From an uncultured virus (IMG/VR IMGVR_UViG_3300012988_000018) (lineage: Duplodnaviria; Heunggongvirae; Uroviricota; Caudoviricetes), in the IMG/VR virus record IMGVR_UViG_3300012988_000018: DNA of 64,000 nt; one strand, given 5' to 3'. Positions 56,217 to 64,000 of the stretch are shown here, one piece after another. The position numbers and the translations under genes are program-made. Numbering within the stretch: the first letter of the stretch is position 1; the number at the start of each line of letters is the position of its first letter. A model generated the notes under the pieces. It had not been told where the DNA came from. It ran no database searches and was given only the letters and a program-made list of their open reading frames with translations.

Positions 56217-57110
56217 CTACCCTCCGAGTTTGACAACGATTCCGGAGTAATCATTACTCTTGTGGCTCGCCAGGAACTCTTTATCAGTGATTCTAACTAA
56301 CTTCTTACCTTGAGAAAGGAACCATTCGTCTTTTCTGCGATCAATATCGTACGAACTTTTTCCATTGGGATGCAACTGATCGTAAGGTTTGTCTAGACCG
56401 TGCCAAAACTCACCATCAAGTTCAACGTATACGTCAAGTGTTTTGACATAAGCGTCAATCAACCAAGGCTTTTTTCCGCCATGATCGATTTTTACTTGTT
56501 GATCAATGTTGTCATGACCGTAACGCAATCGTAACCACTCAAGCAACAGCATCTCTGGTTTTGAAATGATCCAAGAACCAACTCGGCTTGCTGTCGTTCT
56601 GTATCCCTTTTGACCTGCTTCACTTAAATTCGTTCGATTCTCAGGCAACGCCAGAGGATCCTTACCGAAACGCTTTATCACTGTCGCCTTTCTCTTTGCC
56701 TTCGGTCCGCGTGCTTTCAGCGGATGTTCTGCACCGTGACGCTCTATCATCGTTCGCTTGAACCTAGCATTCGATAATGACGTTGGCATCGATGGAGAGC
56801 TGGCCCCTGTGGTAACCAACCTAGAAGCAATCATCTTCTCGCTTGCGCCGGCGACCTGCGATGAGAACTCGACGCCGTAACGAGCGAGCTTTGTTTGCTT
56901 CCACTGCTGTGCCAGTTTTCCGTTCGATCGACTCTTCTTGTTGCACGCTTTCGAACAAAACGTGAGCGCTCCGTTAGTTGAGTGAGCGAGCTTGTGACCA
57001 TGCACGAACTCTTTTCCGCACTCATCACAGTTGAACACGTCACGACGGCGAACCTGTTGGGTGTTCCAACGCTTATGAAGATATGTCTCATCAATCGTCT
57101 TAACGAACAT
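56217..57110 (-). CDS. free-standing Vsr/DUF559-like endonuclease
   Basis: CDECGK..FCSKAC, RYGVE repeats, SKPE, IDAY, VELDGEFWHG, DRRKD, LVRI. Confidence 0.8.
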   Translation of the reverse strand: MFVKTIDETYLHKRWNTQQVRRRDVFNCDECGKEFVHGHKLAHSTNGALTFCSKACNKKSRSNGKLAQQWKQTKLARYGVEFSSQVAGASEKMIASRLVTTGASSPSMPTSLSNARFKRTMIERHGAEHPLKARGPKAKRKATVIKRFGKDPLALPENRTNLSEAGQKGYRTTASRVGSWIISKPEMLLLEWLRLRYGHDNIDQQVKIDHGGKKPWLIDAYVKTLDVYVELDGEFWHGLDKPYDQLHPNGKSSYDIDRRKDEWFLSQGKKLVRITDKEFLASHKSNDYSGIVVKLGG

Positions 57111-57146
57111 CAAACAGAAGGTAACACTTCTTTGATGCATCGTAAA

Positions 57147-57863
57147 TTACAGATTCTTGTCAATGATGACGCCGATGTCCTTGACGGCTCCTGATTGGAC
57201 GCCGGTCACCTTGACGAAGACCTTGATGCGAGACTTGTTGGCCGTCGTCCCATAGACCGTGAACAGCGCGTCCGTCAGGCTCTTCACTGACAGAGTGAAC
57301 TGTACCGAGCTGCCACCAAAGCTGTTCTCAGCAGGCGACCTGGTCAGGATGTAGGTGGCGCGCTGTTGTCCATCGATGTTTTCTGGCGTTTGGCTCAAAA
57401 CTTGCATGAAGAGGTTCGGAACCTCGATGATGAACGTCTGATCGCGAAGCTCTACGTCGATCGTCGTCTCGTTCTTGATCGTCTGCTCGACAGTGGCAGT
57501 CGCCGTCTTTTGTTGGTTACGACCCAGGGTGATGACACCATTCAGGCTGTCGACGTTAGCGTCACCTGATAGCGACATCGTCGGCAGGCGAAGCAGGTTT
57601 GGGTTTGACACGCTGATCAGCTTGTACTTCTGCGAGTGTTGTTGGTTGGTCAACGCCTCAAAGATCGGAGTGTTCTTCTCGATCTTCTCCTTGCCGACAG
57701 TACGACCGTACTTGCTGATGACGTTGTAGTTGACCTCATCATCGCCCAGAGCGAACTTGTGAATTGAGAACGAGCCGTCGTTGCGAGCCAAGAACTGACG
57801 TCCAATGTCTGTCAACACGGCATCAAGGACGATATTATTACTCGAGTGATCAAGAAATCCCAT
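57147..57863 (-). CDS. baseplate/tail-collar-type virion protein
   Basis: MGFLD..NIVLDAVLTDIGRQFLA...FALGDDEVNY, TPIFEA. Confidence 0.7.
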   Translation of the reverse strand: MGFLDHSSNNIVLDAVLTDIGRQFLARNDGSFSIHKFALGDDEVNYNVISKYGRTVGKEKIEKNTPIFEALTNQQHSQKYKLISVSNPNLLRLPTMSLSGDANVDSLNGVITLGRNQQKTATATVEQTIKNETTIDVELRDQTFIIEVPNLFMQVLSQTPENIDGQQRATYILTRSPAENSFGGSSVQFTLSVKSLTDALFTVYGTTANKSRIKVFVKVTGVQSGAVKDIGVIIDKNL

Positions 57864-58007
57864 GCGATTTTTCCTTAGCGTTCAGTCTTTGCCCGGGGCA
57901 TGATGACGCAGCGTACTTCCAAATATATCCCCTACGTGTAATCCGATGACCGCATAAGTTTGGCCTGTCGAACAACATCGTACCATGCTCAGCGTCTACG
58001 TTAAACG

Positions 58008-60032
58008 TCACTGGCTGATGACCTTTCGAGCCTGTGATCGACGGCGGGTGCCGAACCTAACCTCAGGGAACGACATGACCCTCGCCGCCAGACGAATCTG
58101 GTCGTTGATCGTGATCGTTGCAGTGGCACTCTTTTGGCTGTCAGTATTGATGAACTGCAGCTTGTAGCTTCCTCCCGTCTGTTTGGTCGCGATGACGCGT
58201 TGGTTTCTCTCCTCGTCATCATAGAGGTAATAGTACTCGGGATTGAAGTACAGCTTCAGTTGCTTGCTGTTTGGCCCTGACACGCGGATGGTGTCGACGA
58301 ACGTGTCTGCTTCGAGGTACAGGTTCGGGTATGGTTTCGGAGCACCGGTGTGGCTGATCAGCCTCTTCTGAAGCTGGTTCTTGAAAGGGTCGAACCAGAC
58401 CTCATACTGAGCTGAGAAGTTTGACGTGTAACCATGAGCATCGATGGCAGCGATGGCATAGATGAACGTTGACGAGAATGGGCTACGTTCGTGGCTGCCA
58501 CGTTGCGTCTGTTGGTCCTCATGAAAATTGTGAAGACCGACCTGAAAGTCATCATCGTAAAAGAACGAACACGGTGACGTCAGGTGTTCGACCAAGGTGG
58601 GATCTGGGTTCTCACCGTTCTCAAACTTCACCAAAGAATCATCGAAATCGTACATCTTGATCAACTCAAACGGGTGATCGACGTCTCGGCGGCGAAACAC
58701 CTGAAATTTCTTGATGTCACGCTGTGAGTTTGGTGGGAACGTCCAGTGAACCAACAGGCTACCCGGGACACCCGTTCCTGGCAGCGGCAGGCCTGTCAGT
58801 TGGTCATGTTCTTGCGTTGCTGGGTTAACACGTTCATAGTTCCACGTGAAGTTTAGGTCAGTAGGAGCTGGTGGTGCGGTCGTCTCGATGGTGTTGATGA
58901 AGACCTGGTTTGATGGCTTAGAGCTGACGAGGATCTTTAGCATCGCTACGTCACCTGTGTCATCATCGATGCCCGGGATGGTGAACTGAGCGACGGTCCT
59001 GATCGCGTACATGTACCTTGCATTGTACTTGATCTGAAAGTCTGCTGTCAGGTTTACGTTTGGGTTATCGATGATGATGGGACTGAGGCTCTTGGAACTT
59101 CCATCAACAGTGATCTCAGTCTTGTCAATGATGTAACCCACGATCTCGGGACCCTGTTGGTCAGCTTGAAACGCTGTGGTCCGGACCTTTATGTCGATGA
59201 ACGGTACGAACGTCTTGAAGTCATCTTCGGAAACGCTCACTGACGAGCGCTGCACGACCTGGTGTTGCAGCTTCTTCGTGTACTTGTGCATGTTGCTGAG
59301 GTCGGTCGTGAAGGGCGAATGCGGGTCACGGATCGTCCTGTTCGTGATGTCATGAAACAGCTTGCTGTTTATCTGAGCGTTGACAGCAACGTTCTTCAGT
59401 CTCTGAAAGTAGGAATCGAAGATCCTTTGACCGTTGTCATTGAAGAACCTAGACCCATGCGCCCTTGAGGGCATCGTCAACGCCTTGAAGAGAAAGTGGG
59501 GTTTGATGTGCTTTGGTGTCAAGGCTGACAGCTGCTGTGCTGCCTTATAGTGACTGACGTTGGTGTCCGTGCTCTGTTCGAGGGTATGCAAGGCGTATGA
59601 ACCTGACACGAAATAGTGGATCTTGTCATCGATCTCGGCGTCGTGAAAGTTAACAGCGACGTAATTGTCAGTCGCAAACTGGTCTTCTGTCACGACCTTG
59701 TCGATGTTGTCAGCGATCAATGACCCGTTTTGAGCGTTTGTCTTAAAGACGTTGTTCCTCTGCTGGAGATCCGTTACCTGGTTGCCAGGGTCAACTAGCT
59801 TCGGAAGCTTCCATGAGAACGTCACCGAACGGGGCGCTCGAGTCACAGAATACTGAATGAAAGCTGCATCGATCTCATCAGCCTGTCGCTGCAGGACCTT
59901 TACTGGCACGCCCCCTGTTTCAGAAACGCTTTCGTCAGGTGTGAAAAAGTTGTAGTTGAACGTGCCTTCGAACCTCTGAATCTCTGGGACGTCGACAGCG
60001 TAAATCTCTCTTGAAGGTAACGAGACGCTCAT
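58008..60032 (-). CDS. virion structural protein with FN3-like segment
   Basis: APPAPTDLNF..LVHWTFP..KFQVFRR..YAIAAIDAHG..SNFS. Confidence 0.6.
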   Translation of the reverse strand: MSVSLPSREIYAVDVPEIQRFEGTFNYNFFTPDESVSETGGVPVKVLQRQADEIDAAFIQYSVTRAPRSVTFSWKLPKLVDPGNQVTDLQQRNNVFKTNAQNGSLIADNIDKVVTEDQFATDNYVAVNFHDAEIDDKIHYFVSGSYALHTLEQSTDTNVSHYKAAQQLSALTPKHIKPHFLFKALTMPSRAHGSRFFNDNGQRIFDSYFQRLKNVAVNAQINSKLFHDITNRTIRDPHSPFTTDLSNMHKYTKKLQHQVVQRSSVSVSEDDFKTFVPFIDIKVRTTAFQADQQGPEIVGYIIDKTEITVDGSSKSLSPIIIDNPNVNLTADFQIKYNARYMYAIRTVAQFTIPGIDDDTGDVAMLKILVSSKPSNQVFINTIETTAPPAPTDLNFTWNYERVNPATQEHDQLTGLPLPGTGVPGSLLVHWTFPPNSQRDIKKFQVFRRRDVDHPFELIKMYDFDDSLVKFENGENPDPTLVEHLTSPCSFFYDDDFQVGLHNFHEDQQTQRGSHERSPFSSTFIYAIAAIDAHGYTSNFSAQYEVWFDPFKNQLQKRLISHTGAPKPYPNLYLEADTFVDTIRVSGPNSKQLKLYFNPEYYYLYDDEERNQRVIATKQTGGSYKLQFINTDSQKSATATITINDQIRLAARVMSFPEVRFGTRRRSQARKVISQ

Positions 60033-60035
60033 CTG

Positions 60036-63000
60036 TCAGACCTGGTCCTCTCCGTACGTTTCGATTGTCACGAAATACTTTTCAAACGTAAGATCGCCTT
60101 GGTTCTTATCACGATCTCGAAAGCGAAACGCAGCATGGTTTGGCGCAGCCCGACCTTGGACGAACGGACGACCAGACGGATAGTTGTTCAGGTTGAGCAT
60201 GGCAAAGCGAACCATGTTACGAGACGTGTAATTCTCTGTCGCTGGGATGATGTCACCCTTGAGGATCATTTGCTTGAGCGCCGCGGTTCCCTGTGGGGTT
60301 TGAACCGTCTTATCGTAATCAATCTCAAACTCATCTGGATCGACGATAACGTTAAAGACACGATCGAACGTTTTGGGCGACACTATTCTCTTAGAGACAG
60401 CAACGGGATCTGCTAGAGGCGTTACCATGTGTGTTAGATTGCTTATCGTTCTCAATCCATGTAACATCACCGGAATGTTACGATGTGACACTGACGATAG
60501 GTTAGACTCTAGCGTGCCGATCGACTGCTGTGCAGCGAGCGTCTTGACGATGGGTTGGGCTTGGATCTTGCTAAACTGAGTGCTTGGTCCTATTGAACCT
60601 GCGATGCCCGAAGCGTTGCTTAGCTGAGGATACGTCGATGCTTTCGGTGATGTCGTCTTAGAAGGCGTGTAACCAACCTTTCGAGGCGACGTAGTGCTAA
60701 ATAAGACCCCTCCCGTGGGAGCGTGAGTCTCTGGGCTCGAGACGTTTTGGACGGTGAAGAGATTGGTCGTATACGCAACGTAGTGTTCCGTCAACGTCTT
60801 TGTGAAATCAATGTCCATGGGCTTGTCTTGCTCGACCAGATCAAAGTGGTGATCACCGAGATCGATCCCGGTCGTGAGCTTGGCATAAACCTCTAACATG
60901 TAGCTCATCACGTGATTGTTGATGATCTCGTTTTTTTCCTGTTGGGTCAAGAAGTCATACGTCTCATCTGCAAACGCTGCCTTACGTCCATTGTTGATGT
61001 CGTCAGTATTGAGTGACCAGTAGGTGATCTCAGTAGCCGTCGCTTGGCTCTGGCCAAAGTCTCTCGTCGGTATGGCGTGGGCGATGTCTGACATCGATGG
61101 CCTCTCGGGAATCTGCAAGAACCAATGGTCATTTCGAACTGGAAACCTTGACAGCTCGAACAACATCCTCTTTGGCTTGTATATGATGTCGCTGTTCTCC
61201 AGGTCGACCTTGTACACGACCACCGACACGATGTCACTTTGCTTATCAATGAAGGTTGACTTTTTCAGGTTGTTCAGGCTGACGCGTTGTTTCAAGCGGC
61301 GTGTAAAGCCCAACGGGATCCCAACAGTGATGATCTTCTTGTTGTAACCTTTCTTTGACGCAAAATCGTCTGTCCCAAACGTGCTGTAAACTGCGTTCCT
61401 CAGCCTTGGTGACACGACGGAATCATCAAGTATCTTCAGTTCGTCGTCAGCGTCAAAGTCTCCGTCGCCATCAACGTCACCGTTGTCTGGTAACGCATCA
61501 CGTTGTGAGATCCGATCGTTCAAATCATGAACCGTCGAGGCCAACAACATGATTTGTTGCTCGCTCATCAACATCTTCACCAGGTCTGGGTTGTTGATGA
61601 TTGTGACGAGTTCGTTCAGCTTTGAGATCGCTGGCGGACTTTTCAGGTAATTCGAGTAGTTCTTAAACGCGCCAGACAGTTTCTGAAGCGTGTTCATCGC
61701 AGTGTAAATCAGCTTGTGATTTAACGCGACCTCTTTCTCCATGCGAGTGGTTAAGTCGCTAGCCGAAGCCTTGTGATTGGTCGTCGTCTTCGTGATATTG
61801 AACGTCAAGACGCTACGAATGTAATTCGTCGACACCAGCTTTTGGTCGTTGTAACAAGAGACCATTTGGATGATCGTGTCAAAGACGGCCATCATGATCG
61901 AGGTGTCTAGGTCACCGCTGAAGCGTGTTCGACCGTCGACCATCGCGCTATCGTTGGTCCTGAACGACGAAAGGATCTGTTGCATCAAGCCCTCAACGAA
62001 TTTCGTCAACACTGTGCCTTGCTTGAACGACGCTGTCATGACGTCTGATGACATGGTAGACGACAGCTTGCCTGGCGCACTAAGCCTCGGAGGTTGAGGT
62101 TTGTTGGTCACGAGCATCTGTGGGATCGATTTTTCGATCTCAGAAACGATGTCCTTTATCAACGCATCAGTCAAGGGAGTGTTATCGCTTGACAGCGAAT
62201 TCAAGTTGAAAAACGGGAGGCTGATGATCGGAAAGTACGATCGAGTGATCTTTGCGATCGTGTATATGAACAATGCTGACTTAACGTGGGGGTTGGTCGC
62301 AGCGAAGTTATACACAGAACCTAGGTTGTCATTCAGGACTGCGGGTAACGTGTTTCCCGTCTTAGGATCCAACAAGTTCTTCATCGACGTTTGAATGAAA
62401 TCTGACGGACTAGACAATATCGATGAGAACTGTGACTGTGTGCGGTCGTACGGGTCGTACGTTCTGACGCCCAACAGGTTCATTCCATTGACAACGATGC
62501 TAAAAGAGTTGAAAGCCTTCTCAAACAGGTCACCACCTTCGTCAAGGTTAGCTGTGTTAAATCCTATCGCATTCGCTCCGTCAAGGACGCTATCAACGTA
62601 ATACGTTCCCCCTGGCGTCAGCGTACCCGTGTCGCCGTCAACGTACTTTGATTCGAACGTCAGCACAGCGGCGCCAGACGTCGTCTGGCGCTGGGCGATG
62701 TTTGCGAGAGAGTTGGTCTGTGTCGCAGGAAAATCGCTGATGTTGTTTCCGAACTTTCCAACGATCGATTCAAACACACCGACATTGTCTGAGGGAGAAA
62801 CCTGGTAATTGAACCCACTGGACAACGCGTCCTGAACGTCACGCTGTGACATGCCGTGAGAATAACGAAATTCTTTCGAGATCAGGTTGGTCAGCGCCGC
62901 GATTTGGGCTTCCTGGCTCTTGAAGTGTACGTTCTGGTACAAGACGCTGTATGCTTGTGATATCGTGCTGACGGCTTTGTTGATCTGATTCGGTTTGATG

Positions 63001-63974
63001 GTGCTCAATTCATCCAATGGAGGCAACGCTGGAAGCTTCTGTGACAAGCCAAAGTGTGGAACCGTCTTACGAACGATGCGAGTGGCATTGGTGTCATTTC
63101 GTTGGGTGACAGTGTCGATGTCGATAAACTCTGACGAGTGGTACTTCAACATGTCAGACATCTCAAGCAAGAACTGTAGCCAGATCTTTGTTGACGAGAA
63201 TTTGTGTCTGACGATGTCAGAATTGTAGCCCAACCTAACTAACGTGTCCGGGATCGAGTACGTCACAGGCAGGTAACGCCTGACTAAGTCGAACAACACG
63301 TTCGACGTTAGAACAGAGTTCAGTTTAGTGAAGTTCAAGTAGTGATAGTTGACGACAGCGCTTGGGTCGACAGTGTGGATGTCATCACGTAGATCCAACT
63401 GTGACTTCAGGCGTTCTAGGCTCCTGACAAGCTCAAGCAGGAAATTTGCCTGATCACGTAATGAGTCAACGTTGCTCTCGAAGCTACGGCGCCTGGTCGT
63501 GAAAGAGTCTGCTATGAAAGGATACTGTGACCTCAGACCCCTCAATGCTTGGGTGACATTGATCTGTCGCAGGTTACGTGCTTGCAGGTGTGTATCAACG
63601 AAACGACCTGCGTCAGTCATATCAGAGTAGATGCCGCTGTTTTCGACCTGGTTAGCGAACGATTGTTGCCCAGATCCGATGTTTTTCGTGAACAAGGGCA
63701 AGAAATTCGTCAACATGACGATCTCAGGACGCTCGTGAGCGATTCCAGTCAATTGTTCGTAAGGTTCAAACTTCTTAGAAGTGACGACCAACCTGTCTGT
63801 CACCGGGTGGTTTGCCACCGCTGGTTCTAGGTGTAAGGCAAAGCTGGGCATGATGATGTTCATCATGCCGTGATAAGGTGGTAACAAGAAGGTCTTGCTG
63901 CCTCCGAGGTTGGCTGCGATCGATTGGATCGACATGTTCGTCTGGATCTTCAGGTTCGTTGAAGTCACTGACAA
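60036..63974 (-). CDS. large hypothetical (probably baseplate/virion) protein
   Basis: 1312-aa ORF in the structural block; start uncertain at the window edge. Confidence 0.6.
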   Translation of the reverse strand: MSVTSTNLKIQTNMSIQSIAANLGGSKTFLLPPYHGMMNIIMPSFALHLEPAVANHPVTDRLVVTSKKFEPYEQLTGIAHERPEIVMLTNFLPLFTKNIGSGQQSFANQVENSGIYSDMTDAGRFVDTHLQARNLRQINVTQALRGLRSQYPFIADSFTTRRRSFESNVDSLRDQANFLLELVRSLERLKSQLDLRDDIHTVDPSAVVNYHYLNFTKLNSVLTSNVLFDLVRRYLPVTYSIPDTLVRLGYNSDIVRHKFSSTKIWLQFLLEMSDMLKYHSSEFIDIDTVTQRNDTNATRIVRKTVPHFGLSQKLPALPPLDELSTIKPNQINKAVSTISQAYSVLYQNVHFKSQEAQIAALTNLISKEFRYSHGMSQRDVQDALSSGFNYQVSPSDNVGVFESIVGKFGNNISDFPATQTNSLANIAQRQTTSGAAVLTFESKYVDGDTGTLTPGGTYYVDSVLDGANAIGFNTANLDEGGDLFEKAFNSFSIVVNGMNLLGVRTYDPYDRTQSQFSSILSSPSDFIQTSMKNLLDPKTGNTLPAVLNDNLGSVYNFAATNPHVKSALFIYTIAKITRSYFPIISLPFFNLNSLSSDNTPLTDALIKDIVSEIEKSIPQMLVTNKPQPPRLSAPGKLSSTMSSDVMTASFKQGTVLTKFVEGLMQQILSSFRTNDSAMVDGRTRFSGDLDTSIMMAVFDTIIQMVSCYNDQKLVSTNYIRSVLTFNITKTTTNHKASASDLTTRMEKEVALNHKLIYTAMNTLQKLSGAFKNYSNYLKSPPAISKLNELVTIINNPDLVKMLMSEQQIMLLASTVHDLNDRISQRDALPDNGDVDGDGDFDADDELKILDDSVVSPRLRNAVYSTFGTDDFASKKGYNKKIITVGIPLGFTRRLKQRVSLNNLKKSTFIDKQSDIVSVVVYKVDLENSDIIYKPKRMLFELSRFPVRNDHWFLQIPERPSMSDIAHAIPTRDFGQSQATATEITYWSLNTDDINNGRKAAFADETYDFLTQQEKNEIINNHVMSYMLEVYAKLTTGIDLGDHHFDLVEQDKPMDIDFTKTLTEHYVAYTTNLFTVQNVSSPETHAPTGGVLFSTTSPRKVGYTPSKTTSPKASTYPQLSNASGIAGSIGPSTQFSKIQAQPIVKTLAAQQSIGTLESNLSSVSHRNIPVMLHGLRTISNLTHMVTPLADPVAVSKRIVSPKTFDRVFNVIVDPDEFEIDYDKTVQTPQGTAALKQMILKGDIIPATENYTSRNMVRFAMLNLNNYPSGRPFVQGRAAPNHAAFRFRDRDKNQGDLTFEKYFVTIETYGEDQV

Positions 63975-64000
63975 GGTGGGGGTAGCAATGGGAGCTTGTG

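Noticed and set aside
53985..57140. Group I introns or Tn7 transposon around the endonuclease genes
   Set aside because: Flanking genes end in proper stops with intact C-termini; no room for intron core structure; no TnsB/TnsC or terminal repeats
3585..63830. Numerous plus-strand and nested ORFs in the track (for example 6723-7445, 4616-5146, 34129-34683)
   Set aside because: Antisense or alternate-frame shadows of real genes, expected from GC-biased codon usage
1..64000. Stop-codon reassignment, tRNA genes, inteins in terminase/primase/portal
   Set aside because: Genes are full length in the standard code using all three stops; no tRNA cloverleaf seen other than the tmRNA ends; no intein-sized insertions

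Overview
A 64-kb segment of a large (probably jumbo) T4-like myophage, almost entirely encoded on the minus strand in the standard genetic code. It covers the virion morphogenesis region: baseplate/tail-collar genes, large terminase, portal, prohead protease, scaffold, major capsid protein, neck and tail-completion proteins, two tandem tail sheaths, tail tube, and a 2565-aa repeat fibre with lectin-like partners. It also carries a replication/recombination block (RuvC-like resolvase, primase, SbcCD/gp46-47), auxiliary genes (peptide deformylase, patatin, SGNH lipoprotein, methyltransferase), four free-standing endonuclease genes and a complete one-piece tmRNA. The most notable non-obvious signals are: (1) a structured ~125-nt intergenic RNA antisense to the tail-tube ribosome-binding site; (2) an SbcD nuclease split inside its catalytic domain, with the C-terminal half fused to SbcC; (3) a shared amphipathic leader (K/R-L/I-T/S-x-x-Q-L-R/K-x-I-I-x-E) on about 11 unrelated proteins, resembling a capsid-targeting signal; (4) a phage late-promoter motif (A/C)TANTTA before about 18 genes; (5) strong S/T-G-S enrichment in outer virion proteins; (6) a probable ATC start codon. 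All product calls come from motif recognition by eye; no database searches were run.
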